DNA from: Lentisphaerota bacterium
GTDB taxonomy: Bacteria; Verrucomicrobiota; Kiritimatiellia; UBA8416; JAIOPI01
DNA length: 64,000 bases
Direction: 5' to 3'
Assembly (NCBI GenBank): GCA_021413965.1
Contig: JAIOPI010000019.1
Coordinates: forward strand, 4,585-68,584
The first letter of the stretch is position 1, and each line of letters starts with the position of its first letter. Position numbers and translations under genes: made by a program. Positions 27,457 through 38,574 of this stretch are shown one piece after another. Under the pieces are notes generated by a model. The model did not search any database. It was not told the DNA's origin and saw only the letters and a program-made list of their open reading frames with translations.

Positions 27457-28725
27457 ATGAAACGCCTGATACTATTCTTCCTGCAGCCCATCGCCCGGGC
27501 GCGCGGCATGCGCGATAACGATTCCGCGCAGGTGCTGCTGATGACGGCGTTCATGGCCTTCACGCTGGCGGTGTTCATGATCCACTCGCTGAACGCGAGC
27601 CAATCGGTGTTCCGTCGCGTGCAAGTACAGAATGCCGCCGATGCCGCCGCCGACGCCTCGGCCGCCTGGCAGGCGCGTGGCATCAACATGCTGCAGACGC
27701 TGAACAACATGCACTACGTCATGGACGCCGTGCTGTATCTCCCGATCATCCGCATTTGCTGCTGCTGCTCCGAAGCCATCGCGATGTGCGCGGCTTGCGT
27801 GGCCAGCCTCGGGTTCTGCGGGGCCTGTTGCGACGAGTGCACCACCTGCATCGATCTGTGCAGCAAGTGCAGCGACTACGACGATCGACAGGCGGAGATG
27901 CACAAGGATTTCTGGAATGCCGAAGTCAAGGCCATCAAGGTCTCGACGCAGCAGATCTACATCCAGGCCAACCAGTATGCGAAAGCCAATGGCGCCACGC
28001 CTTTCTTCCGGTCGGCCGTGACCTACGTGTCGAACACGGCCTACCAGGCGATTTCCCCGATCTTCCCGATGCACGAGTTTCTGAAGGACTCCATCAAGGC
28101 TGGCGGCAAGGGCGGGCCGCCGCTGCAGTTCGAGAAGCATCGCGGCTCGGCCAACATCGCCATGAAGATCGTCAAGGGGCCCCTGCACGCCGTGCTGATC
28201 TGGGGCGGTCCGTCCTACGACCGCATCTGGGTGAACATGCTGGGCACGGAAAATCCCATCGAAGGTGACGACCGGGCAGGCGCCGCGCTGCTCGGGTACG
28301 AGCCCGTGGAGCCGGGCACCCTGGAATTCCCCTGGGACTTGCCGGAATGGTTCATGCAGTTCTGCTCGCTCGGCCAGAGCGACGGCTGGAACGATGACTA
28401 CTGGGAAATGCGCTCGACTCCCACGCTGACCTGGGCCACCTGCATCAGCAATCAGGTTGGCGGGTTGGTGCGCTTCCTGCCGAAGACGCCACCCACCGAC
28501 AAGCCCGCGAGCATGTTCTGGTATCTGAATCCGGGCCGGATCCCCGAAGTGTCTCTGAGCCCCGTCATGGGGCTCGCCAGCGCCACCTCGCACGGGAAGA
28601 TCGAGGCCACGTCGCTGCTGTCGTTCCAGCTGGGCAAGGCCGGCGCGCAGGGCACGCTGGTGCCGGTCGATCTGCAGGGCCCGTGGTTCCCGCAAGAGGC
28701 GCTGAAGATCGGCATCTTCCATTAG
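27457..28725 (+). CDS. TadG-like (PF13400 Tad-domain) pseudopilin/pilus-associated protein with a 14-Cys cluster
   Basis: N-terminal TM plus VQVQNAADAAADASAAW (Tad-domain motif). Residues 101-138 read ICCCCSEAIAMCAACVASLGFCGACCDECTTCIDLCSKC. Confidence 0.65.
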   Translation: MKRLILFFLQPIARARGMRDNDSAQVLLMTAFMAFTLAVFMIHSLNASQSVFRRVQVQNAADAAADASAAWQARGINMLQTLNNMHYVMDAVLYLPIIRICCCCSEAIAMCAACVASLGFCGACCDECTTCIDLCSKCSDYDDRQAEMHKDFWNAEVKAIKVSTQQIYIQANQYAKANGATPFFRSAVTYVSNTAYQAISPIFPMHEFLKDSIKAGGKGGPPLQFEKHRGSANIAMKIVKGPLHAVLIWGGPSYDRIWVNMLGTENPIEGDDRAGAALLGYEPVEPGTLEFPWDLPEWFMQFCSLGQSDGWNDDYWEMRSTPTLTWATCISNQVGGLVRFLPKTPPTDKPASMFWYLNPGRIPEVSLSPVMGLASATSHGKIEATSLLSFQLGKAGAQGTLVPVDLQGPWFPQEALKIGIFH

Positions 28726-28737
28726 CGAAGGAATAGG

Positions 28738-29367
28738 ATGAACGCTCGCATGCGACGCGACTCGGGACAGGCGATGGTGGAAGCCTGCATCGGCATGGCC
28801 CTGATGGGGATGGTGCTCACCCTGGCCGCCGTGTTCGGCCATATGACGGTGAATCGCAATCGCTGCCTGATCGCGGCGCGCCATGCCGCGTGGATCCGGG
28901 GCAATGGTGGCAGTGTCCCCACCTTCAACCCCGCCGTGCAGAAGGCCTTTGCGCAGAAATTCTTCTACTTCCCCGAAATTGCGCGCCTCGACGAGAACGT
29001 CCAGCGCGCGAAAACCACGCAGATCATGTCCGGCCCGCCGCTGGTCATCCCGTTCATGAAAGATACCATGCATGTCATGCGCATGACGTACGGGCTGACC
29101 CCCGCGCAGGTGGGACAGGCATCCATGAGCCAGCTGCCCTTTCCTCTCGTGTACCTGCGCTCGCGCTTCGATTACCTCAACACCAAGGCGGTGGCGCAGT
29201 TCGACAAGGTGACGACGGCGGCGCTCATCTTCACCATGTCCGATGTCCAGGGCGAGTGCGCCTGGTTTAACGTGTCCGACACCTGGACCGACCCCATCTG
29301 GGTCGGGATCGGCGTCGCCAAACACCTGGAACTTGTCTTCGATGCCATCAGCGATGCTGTCGGTTGA
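28738..29367 (+). CDS. TadE-like pseudopilin
   Basis: RRDSGQAMVEACIGMALMGMVLTLAAVF is the TadE N-terminal motif. Confidence 0.7.
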   Translation: MNARMRRDSGQAMVEACIGMALMGMVLTLAAVFGHMTVNRNRCLIAARHAAWIRGNGGSVPTFNPAVQKAFAQKFFYFPEIARLDENVQRAKTTQIMSGPPLVIPFMKDTMHVMRMTYGLTPAQVGQASMSQLPFPLVYLRSRFDYLNTKAVAQFDKVTTAALIFTMSDVQGECAWFNVSDTWTDPIWVGIGVAKHLELVFDAISDAVG

Positions 29368-30226
29368 TTTGAGGCGCGTCACCCAGCCGGCGCTGACCGT
29401 CTTTCTGACGATCCTGGGGGGGGGGACGCTGTTCCTGCTGGGGGCTGGGCTCCCGTCCCATCGCCCGATGAACGGGTATCGGCTGGCCCCGCCGCCCGCC
29501 GCCACCGCGGCCCCGATCCGCTCGGCCAACCCGGGTCGCCTGGCACCCACGCTGCCCCGCTATCCGGCCATCTCGCGCGTGGCCACGCAGTCCGCCGAAC
29601 TCAATGGCGTTCCCGTGCAGACGCAAACCTTCCACTGCAGCGACCCCGCCGCCGATGTCATGGACTACTACCTCTCCCAGCTCGCGAGCCGCGGCTGGGA
29701 GGATCAAACGGAGGCGTTCTTCAAGATCACACCCTGCCTCGGGGACCGCACCCTCGACCCGCGCCAGCAGCAGGACCTTGCCGAGAAATACGACTTCACG
29801 CGTTCCACGCAGGCCGTGCTGGTGAAGCCGAATGAAAGCATCAACATCACCATCGAGCCGCAATCCGGTGGGGGCTCGAAAGTCAATCTGAGCTGGGCGG
29901 GCACCTCGGATCTGGTGAGTTTCTGGCGCAAGGTCTTGCAGCCTTCCGCCGCGCCCGCGAAGCCTCAGCAGTGGTTCCAGGCCGTGACGCGGAGCGGGCC
30001 GCAGCCGGGACGGATGCAGTTCTTTCGCAGCACGGATACGCCGGACGCCATGATCGCGACGCTGGCGGCGCGGATGCAGCGCGCCGGCTGGACGCCGCAA
30101 CTCCCGGCGGCCAATTCGGCCACGGGAGACAAGACCTGCCTGTTCGTTCAGGGCGACCGCTGGGCGTTTGCGACCGCTCGCACCGTCCGCCCCGGCGAGA
30201 CGTCGGCCGTCCTTGCGGAGCAGTAA
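29354..30226 (+). CDS. hypothetical membrane-anchored periplasmic protein, last gene of the pseudopilin operon
   Basis: N-terminal TM (LTVFLTILGGGTLFLLGAGL), no recognisable domain. Start overlaps the tadE stop. Confidence 0.45.
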   Translation: MLSVDLRRVTQPALTVFLTILGGGTLFLLGAGLPSHRPMNGYRLAPPPAATAAPIRSANPGRLAPTLPRYPAISRVATQSAELNGVPVQTQTFHCSDPAADVMDYYLSQLASRGWEDQTEAFFKITPCLGDRTLDPRQQQDLAEKYDFTRSTQAVLVKPNESINITIEPQSGGGSKVNLSWAGTSDLVSFWRKVLQPSAAPAKPQQWFQAVTRSGPQPGRMQFFRSTDTPDAMIATLAARMQRAGWTPQLPAANSATGDKTCLFVQGDRWAFATARTVRPGETSAVLAEQ

Positions 30227-30261
30227 GTCACCGGATCAGCGGCAAACCGGCGTGGATGCGG

Positions 30262-32262
30262 TTATTGCAGCCGGCGCAGGCGTTCCGTGGCGCGGTCGTA
30301 GTAGATGTCGCCCGGCAGGGAGATCTCGAGGATATGCTTGTAGGCGGCGATGGCCCGCGGCGCCTGCCCGAGTTCCTCGAAGGCTTGTCCCTCGCGGTAG
30401 GACTTCTGGCTTTCCTGGGTGATCGCCTTGCGCAACTCCTGGGCGGCCTGCGTGGCCGCGCTGTTGGAGGGATCGGCCGCCGCGGCATGCTCGTAGGCCT
30501 GCACGGCGCCCTTGCGGTCGCCCCCGCGCATCTTGGATGCACCGTCGCTGGCTGAGGCCAGGCTGATGGCTTTCAGGCGCCCGTTGAGCGTGTCCGCCAT
30601 TTGGGCCGCCTCGATCCGGTAGGCATTGGCCTGGTCCGGCTCGGCATCCAGCAGTTCCTTGCAGATGGCCACGCCCCCCTGGATGGCGGGCACGTCGTCC
30701 GACGTCGCCAGGGCCGCCCCGGAGCGCACGCGCTCGATCAACATCGCGACGAGCGTGATGCGATCGCGCAGGGCGCTGAGCTCCTTGTCGCCCGGCGAAT
30801 CCCGCAGCGCGCGTTCCACGGCCGACAGCGCATCCGCCTGCCGCCCGCTACGATACAGGTCCCGCGCTTCGCCCGACGCCGCGGTGTAGGCCATCTGCTC
30901 GTCGGCGCGCTTGATCAATGCGGCCGCTTCGGTGTGATACACGCTGTTCGTGGACACGCTCATGAGCTTGCCCTTGGCCGCCTGGTATTCGGCCTGCTTC
31001 AGGTGCACACGCGCCTGATCCATGCAGGCCGCCGACCCCTGCTCGGAGCGCGCGCGCCCCTGCAGCCGCTTCAGCAGGTCGGACGACGGGTAGCTGTTGG
31101 AGGCTTTGTCCAGCAACCGGATCGCGTCTGTCCAGTTGCGGACCTCGAGTGCCAGCCGGGCTTCGCTGATGGCCTTGATGACTTCTTCCAGTTCCGTGGC
31201 GGCCGCGTTGCTCGGCTCCAGGCGGAAGACGGCGTAGCACGTCTCCAGCGCTTCGTCGAAATGTTCGCTCTCGGCGGCCGCCTGCGCCTTGGCGATGAGG
31301 GACACGATTTCCTCCTGGCGCTGGGCCTGATCGAGTCCCTGCGCGGCGCGGGGATCGTTCGGCTTCAGCGTCAGCGCGGCTTCGAAGTTATGGCGCGCGT
31401 CCGCGTAGTTGCCTTCGGCCAGCAACTGCTCGGCGCGGTTGGTCAACTCGACCGCCTGATCCTTCGGCCAGAGCAGAAGCGCCAGCAGGGTGATCAGAAA
31501 CACGCTGCCCGTCGCGATGAGTGCCACGCGGAGTGCCTTGCGCTTCTTCGCGAGGTCCACCACGCTGAAGGTGAAATACGTGCTGCCAATGCGCAGCTTC
31601 TGGCCATGCTTCAGCGGCTCGCGCTGTACGCGGGTGCCGTCGAGGAAGGTGCCGTTGGCGCTGTTGAGATCCTGAACGAAGAACTCCTGGCCCTGGTGCA
31701 GGATCTGGGCGTGATGAGTCGACGCGGCGTCGTCCGGCAGGACCACGGTGTTGTCCAGCCCGCGGCCCAGTGTCAGCACGCCTTCCCAGTTGCGGTACTT
31801 GGTGCCGCGAATGGCGCCGCTGGTGGCGGACAGGGTGTAATCGAGGGTGCCCTTCGGTTTTCCGGCGCCCATGCTCTTGACGCGATCCGACAGGTTCGGG
31901 TCGGCGACAAAGCGCGTGGCGCCTTCATCGTCTGCTTCCTGCTCGGGTTCCGGCTCGGGCGCCGCCTCCTCGCTGACGATGAAGCGGATGTCAAAGGGGC
32001 CGATGCCGATGGAATCCCCGTCCTTGAGCGTGGCTTCGCCGGAGATGCGCGACCCGTTCAGGCGCGTGCCGTTGCGGCTCGCGTTGTCCACGACCACGAA
32101 ACTGCCGCCGGCCTGCTTGATCAGCGCGTGCTCGCGGGAAACCTGGGTGTCTTCCAGCGGGAGGTCCGCCTGCTTGGAACGCCCCATCACGAACGAGGCC
32201 TTGGCGACGGTGGCCTTTGCAACCTGCTTGTTGTCCTGCGTAACGATCAGCGCTGCCTTCAT
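30262..32262 (-). CDS. tandem-FHA-domain membrane protein with C-terminal TPR-like repeats (candidate TadD/TadZ-substitute)
   Basis: Two FHA modules (FVMGRS...SREHALI...SRNGTRLNG and TLGRG...THHAQI...SANGTFLDG), one TM (LIATGSVFLITLLALLLW), then ~380 aa of helical TPR-like repeats. Confidence 0.75.
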   Translation of the reverse strand: MKAALIVTQDNKQVAKATVAKASFVMGRSKQADLPLEDTQVSREHALIKQAGGSFVVVDNASRNGTRLNGSRISGEATLKDGDSIGIGPFDIRFIVSEEAAPEPEPEQEADDEGATRFVADPNLSDRVKSMGAGKPKGTLDYTLSATSGAIRGTKYRNWEGVLTLGRGLDNTVVLPDDAASTHHAQILHQGQEFFVQDLNSANGTFLDGTRVQREPLKHGQKLRIGSTYFTFSVVDLAKKRKALRVALIATGSVFLITLLALLLWPKDQAVELTNRAEQLLAEGNYADARHNFEAALTLKPNDPRAAQGLDQAQRQEEIVSLIAKAQAAAESEHFDEALETCYAVFRLEPSNAAATELEEVIKAISEARLALEVRNWTDAIRLLDKASNSYPSSDLLKRLQGRARSEQGSAACMDQARVHLKQAEYQAAKGKLMSVSTNSVYHTEAAALIKRADEQMAYTAASGEARDLYRSGRQADALSAVERALRDSPGDKELSALRDRITLVAMLIERVRSGAALATSDDVPAIQGGVAICKELLDAEPDQANAYRIEAAQMADTLNGRLKAISLASASDGASKMRGGDRKGAVQAYEHAAAADPSNSAATQAAQELRKAITQESQKSYREGQAFEELGQAPRAIAAYKHILEISLPGDIYYDRATERLRRLQ

Positions 32263-32269
32263 CTCTCCC

Positions 32270-33754
32270 CTATTCTTCCGTTGGTGCGTATGCCTTCACC
32301 AGATACTGAGCCTCCTGATAGGCCGGATCCCGGCGGTCGGGAATCATCTGCATCAGGCGCGCGGCTTCAAACTGCGCGGTGGCAAAGTCCTGCTGCATGG
32401 CGGCCGCCGTGACTTTGTACCGCTGGTCCCGGATGGCCTGCGCCAGCAGCCCGTTGGCCGAGGTCAGCTGCTTGGACAGGTCCGTGTAGAAATCGGGATG
32501 CGTGCCGAGGGCGGCGGATTTCTGCAGCGCCGCCTTGAAGCGCTCGATCGCGCGGAACAGATTCTCGGGCCGCACGGTGCGCGTGCGCACCAGGTCCTTC
32601 CCGATGTCGTAATCCTGCCGCGCGGCGTCCGTCAGCGTCGCGGGGCTGGTGACGGCCAGGCGGCGCATGGGCTCGTCGGGCAGCGGGTAGTCCACGTACT
32701 TCTGTGCGTCGGCCAGCGCAAAGCTGTTCAGGATGCTGTTGAACTGCTTGGCCACGGTGAAATACTGCGCCAGCGGCGCCGAGCATTCCACCGACAGGCG
32801 CGTGTCGCCCTGCACCACGTAGATCGCCTTGCCCTGGCGCTCCTTGGAGGTGAAGGCATAGAAGATGACGCGCACCTCGTTGATCGTCATGGGGTCGCTG
32901 CCCAGCAGCCGGAAGCCGGGATGGCGCTTGGCCAGCGCGTCCGCGTAGCCGGCAAAGCCGACGGTCAGCCCCTGCGCGCTGTTCTCCATGCTCTTGTCCG
33001 CCAGCACGTCGATGCGCACCCCGTCCGGGGACTCAAAGCGAATCACCACGCCGTCGACCCCTTGCTGCTTCTTCCAGCCGGCGGGATACGACATGGAGTA
33101 GCCATATTGCGCATCCTTGAAGGACGTCAACGTGGCCGCGGGGCCTGCGCCGCCGGAGGTCTGGCGCACAATCGCCACCGCCGCCACGCCTGCGATCAGC
33201 GCGAGAATGACGCCCCCCAGCACCATGCGCGACTTGGGGGTCGACATGACCGCGGTCCGTCGTCCCGGCTTGAGATCCCGCAATTCGGATGCGTCGAGCA
33301 TGCGCGTGTGCTCGGCCTCGAACACGCGCGTGTGGTCGTGCTGCTCCTGCGCGGGCTCGGCATCGTCCTCGGGCATGAAGCGGGTGCCTTCGCCCTCGTG
33401 GCCGTCGTCGTCCGCCGCGCCCTCGCCCTTGGCGGCCTTGGACGCGCCGGTGAAATCGAGGCGGAACTTCTGGCCGCCCACCTGCAACGTGTCCCCCTTG
33501 GCCAGCGGCGCGGCGCGCCCCAGCTTGGCGCCGTTGATCAGGCTGCCGTGCGAACTTCCGAGGTCCTCCACGACCACGGCATCCCGCGAGACCACGAACT
33601 TCATGTGCTTGCGCGACACGGTGGGGTCGTCGATGACCAGCTGGTTGGTCTGGGACCGGCCCGCCGTCAGCTCGCCCAGCGGCAGCGGAAACACCTCATC
33701 CGCGCGGGGCCCGCTCAGAAAGACTAGTTGGAAGCCGCTGTCCATGAGCATCAC
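32270..33754 (-). CDS. FHA-domain membrane protein (FHA - TM - periplasmic domain)
   Basis: FHA module (LTAGRSQTNQLVIDDPTVSRKHMKFV...SSHGSLINGAKL), one TM (MVLGGVILALIAGVAAVAIV), then ~300-aa domain. The GTG/ATG start overlaps the tadC stop. Confidence 0.75.
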   Translation of the reverse strand: MMLMDSGFQLVFLSGPRADEVFPLPLGELTAGRSQTNQLVIDDPTVSRKHMKFVVSRDAVVVEDLGSSHGSLINGAKLGRAAPLAKGDTLQVGGQKFRLDFTGASKAAKGEGAADDDGHEGEGTRFMPEDDAEPAQEQHDHTRVFEAEHTRMLDASELRDLKPGRRTAVMSTPKSRMVLGGVILALIAGVAAVAIVRQTSGGAGPAATLTSFKDAQYGYSMSYPAGWKKQQGVDGVVIRFESPDGVRIDVLADKSMENSAQGLTVGFAGYADALAKRHPGFRLLGSDPMTINEVRVIFYAFTSKERQGKAIYVVQGDTRLSVECSAPLAQYFTVAKQFNSILNSFALADAQKYVDYPLPDEPMRRLAVTSPATLTDAARQDYDIGKDLVRTRTVRPENLFRAIERFKAALQKSAALGTHPDFYTDLSKQLTSANGLLAQAIRDQRYKVTAAAMQQDFATAQFEAARLMQMIPDRRDPAYQEAQYLVKAYAPTEE

Positions 33755-34533
33755 CTCGTGTAGTTCTGAATCATCTGAATGAAGATCGGGGCGAAGATCA
33801 TGATGAACACGGCCGGGAAGATGCAGACGATCAGCGGCGCCAGCATCTTGACCGGCGCTTCCTGCGCCGCCTTCTCCGCCCGCTGCCCGCGGCGCGTGCG
33901 CGCCATGTCGGATTGCACGCGCAGGATTGGCCCGATGCTCGCCCCGAGCTTGTCCGCCTGGATCAGGGCCGACACGACGACCGACAGATCCGGCAGTTGC
34001 ACCCGGTTGGCCATTTCTCGCAAGGCCTCCCGCCGGGTGCGGCCCAGCTCCATCTGGCGGAACAGGCGCTCCATCTCTTCGCGAAAGGCGCCGGCGCGCT
34101 GCTTCTCCACCACGCGCCGCAGCGCCGTGATGAAATCCAGCCCCGCCTCCACCGAGATCGTCAGCAAATCGAGCGCGTCGGGAAGCTGCAGGGCGATCTC
34201 CTTGTGCCGCTTCTCAATGCGCTCCTTGATGTTGATCATGGGAAACTGAAAGCCGAAGGCGATCAGGCCCAGGTAGACGAGAATCTGCTTGGGGCCCTCG
34301 AACAGGAAATCGAACATGGGAATCTGGCGCAGGATCAGCGTGGCCGTGAGCGGGAAGATGACGGCGCTGACCAGCTGCAGGCCGAAGAGATCCGGCCCGC
34401 GCAATCCGCCGGGTTCGCCGGCAGACACCAGCTTCTGTTCCACGCCCTTGACGAATTCGTCGAGGCTGCCGCCGGCGGCGTCCCGGGCCCCGGCGCCAAT
34501 CTGCCCCAGCCATGTCTGTACGGTGCGATTCAT
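33751..34533 (-). CDS. tadC: Flp pilus assembly inner-membrane platform protein TadC (GspF-like)
   Basis: T2SSF-domain blocks and TM topology. Confidence 0.75.
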   Translation of the reverse strand: MNRTVQTWLGQIGAGARDAAGGSLDEFVKGVEQKLVSAGEPGGLRGPDLFGLQLVSAVIFPLTATLILRQIPMFDFLFEGPKQILVYLGLIAFGFQFPMINIKERIEKRHKEIALQLPDALDLLTISVEAGLDFITALRRVVEKQRAGAFREEMERLFRQMELGRTRREALREMANRVQLPDLSVVVSALIQADKLGASIGPILRVQSDMARTRRGQRAEKAAQEAPVKMLAPLIVCIFPAVFIMIFAPIFIQMIQNYTR

Positions 34534-34543
34534 CGCGTGACCC

Positions 34544-35407
34544 TCAATACCTCACATCCGCAACCTTGCGGACCCAGAAATACCCGGCCAGATCCAGCAC
34601 CACCACCGCGACCAGCGCCAGAAAACCGGGGATGGTCGTCCAGAGCAGGCGCATGAGTTCCGGGTTGATCTTGGTGACGAAGAAGCCGAACACGTATGGC
34701 AGGAGCGCCACGACGGTGGCCTGCAGGCGCCCTTGCGCCGTCAGCGATTCCACCTTGCCCTCCAGCAGCTTGCGCGCCCGCACCATCGAGACGATGCGAT
34801 CGAAGATCTCCGCGATGTTGCCGCCCATCTGGCGCGTAATGGACACGGCGATGATGGCCAGCTCGAGGTCCGCGTCGCGCGTGCGCTTGGCGCAGTTTTC
34901 CAGGCTCTTGTCCAGATCCACGCCCACCTTGAACTCGCTCAGCACGAGTTCAAACTCCTGCGACAGTGGCGGCCGCGACTCCTCGACGAGCATCTCCAGG
35001 GCCTGCTGCAAGCTGAACCCGGCGCGCAGGCCGTTGGAGAGCAGCACCAGCCCGTCCACGAGCTGCTCGGCGAACTGCTTGCGCCGCTGCTTCCGGAGGA
35101 ACGCGATCAGCAGCTCGGGGCCGTAGTAGCCGATGATGGCGCCGACGCCCGCGGCAACCAGGGGCGCCGGGGGCTTGGACCCGTAGACCAGGAGGAAGAT
35201 AATGAGGCCGACCGCGGCGGCGCTGGCCAGCTTGATCACCGGGAGATGCTCGACCGGGATGAAGATGAACATCTCGTCGAGCTGGCGCGCCACGCTGGCC
35301 TTGCGGCGCTCCACGCTCTGCGCGACGTTGTTCTTCATCGGCACGTAGACGAGGTAGAACGCCACCACCACGGCTACGAAGGCCAGCAAAAGGACAAGCA
35401 GGAACAT
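34544..35407 (-). CDS. tadB: Flp pilus assembly inner-membrane platform protein TadB (GspF-like)
   Basis: T2SSF-domain. Start ATG sits 2 nt after the cpaF stop. Confidence 0.75.
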   Translation of the reverse strand: MFLLVLLLAFVAVVVAFYLVYVPMKNNVAQSVERRKASVARQLDEMFIFIPVEHLPVIKLASAAAVGLIIFLLVYGSKPPAPLVAAGVGAIIGYYGPELLIAFLRKQRRKQFAEQLVDGLVLLSNGLRAGFSLQQALEMLVEESRPPLSQEFELVLSEFKVGVDLDKSLENCAKRTRDADLELAIIAVSITRQMGGNIAEIFDRIVSMVRARKLLEGKVESLTAQGRLQATVVALLPYVFGFFVTKINPELMRLLWTTIPGFLALVAVVVLDLAGYFWVRKVADVRY

Positions 35408-35409
35408 GA

Positions 35410-36999
<1,590 letters not shown>

Positions 37000-37146
37000 G
37001 GGTACGCTCCAAATGACTGGCCCGCATTGCAAAACGCAACGCGGCATGTGCGAATGCCGGACTTCGAAATTCGGATTTCGAATGCTCGCCAGGCCTTGCC
37101 CGGTGGCAAGACCTGACGCGGTTCGGCTGGCCGTCGGATGCGATCC

Positions 37147-38547
37147 CTATTCCTTGGCAGGCTCTTCGTTCAACAGCCCGCGCCGCTGTTCGCTCAAGGG
37201 CGCCGTCTTGCTCTGCTCCGGGAACACCGGGGTCGGCGTGATGACCACCACCAGTTCGCGATTCTGTTTGCCGCTGGACTTCTCGGCGAAGAACATGCTC
37301 AGGAGCGGCACGTCACCCAGCAGCGGCGTCTTCTCCTTGAACCGCGACTCGAGTGTCTGCACCAGGCCTGATATCAGGATGCTCTCGCCCGTCTTGCACA
37401 AGGTCGTGCTGGTCGTGTCAAACTTGTCCAGGGCGAAGGTGCCGCCCGCCTGCGCGTTGGGGATGCTGACTTCAATCGTGATCTCGTTCATGACGCGGTC
37501 GCGCCCGCGCAGCACGGGCTTCACCGTCAGGATCACGCCGTATTCCACCTTCTCCAGGTTGCCGGCATTGACGCCCGTCACGCTGAAGTAGGTCTCACCC
37601 CCGGAGTGGAAGCGGCCCGTGTCCCCGCTCTTGGTGCTCAGGTGCGGCTGTGCCAGCACCTTGGCGTCGCCCGCGCCGACCAAGGCGTTGATGCGCGCCG
37701 AGACATTGCCGCTGACATTGAATGACGTCGTCGGGCCCTCGCCAGAACCGCCCGAGATCGATGCCCCGGCATCGATGGAGGCGCCCTTCAGGATGTTGTA
37801 GCCCGTCGACTTCGAGCCCTTGGTGTCGACCTGCACGAAGTAGACGTCGGTCTCGATCATCACTTCCTGAACCTTGATCAGGTTGACGACCGTGGGCACG
37901 CGCATCTTGGCCACTTCCGTTGCCCGCGTGACATCGGCTTCATCGTAGACGATCCCTTCAAGCGTGGCGGTGTCGCCGGACACGCGCACGGTGACCGTGT
38001 CCATGCCGATGTCCGTCTGGATGGCCTCCGCGACGAACTGGTTCAATTCCTTCCGGTCCAGCTTGACCAGGTTCAGAATCGCGCCGGAGTAGGCTTCCGC
38101 GACTTGCGACACGCGGTCGTAGTCGGATTTCGTCATCAGGCTGCCATCCAGAACGACCTTGCTGCCGACCTGCTTGACGGTCAGCCCCTCGACTTCGGAG
38201 AGCAGGGCGCGGATTTCTTCCGCGAGACCGCCGACGTCTGCCAGTGACTTGACAGTGACGGTAACGTCAGCCCCTTCCAGCGCCTCCACGCGGATGTCGG
38301 AGGTTCCCTCTTCGAGGCAGGTCACAATCACGGACTTGCCGTCGGAACTGGGCTTGGCATCGGCGACCGATGGATTGGACACCGTGATCTTCTTGACGCC
38401 ACCGGGCACGTCGACCTTCTGGGTCGTGCCAGGGACCAGCTGCAGGTTTGCGGCGCCTGCGCTCAACGCCAAGAGTGCCAGGGCCATGGATGCCAGAATC
38501 GGCATCTTTCCGTATTGCAGAATTTCACGCGCTGTTTTCATCATCAA
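37147..38547 (-). CDS. cpaC: Flp pilus secretin CpaC/RcpA
   Basis: Signal peptide, BON-like N-domains and a C-terminal secretin domain (...GDTGRFHSGGE...VITPT). Confidence 0.8.
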   Translation of the reverse strand: MMMKTAREILQYGKMPILASMALALLALSAGAANLQLVPGTTQKVDVPGGVKKITVSNPSVADAKPSSDGKSVIVTCLEEGTSDIRVEALEGADVTVTVKSLADVGGLAEEIRALLSEVEGLTVKQVGSKVVLDGSLMTKSDYDRVSQVAEAYSGAILNLVKLDRKELNQFVAEAIQTDIGMDTVTVRVSGDTATLEGIVYDEADVTRATEVAKMRVPTVVNLIKVQEVMIETDVYFVQVDTKGSKSTGYNILKGASIDAGASISGGSGEGPTTSFNVSGNVSARINALVGAGDAKVLAQPHLSTKSGDTGRFHSGGETYFSVTGVNAGNLEKVEYGVILTVKPVLRGRDRVMNEITIEVSIPNAQAGGTFALDKFDTTSTTLCKTGESILISGLVQTLESRFKEKTPLLGDVPLLSMFFAEKSSGKQNRELVVVITPTPVFPEQSKTAPLSEQRRGLLNEEPAKE

Positions 38548-38574
38548 ACCTCCCTCGCCAGCCTGTGGCTCCCC

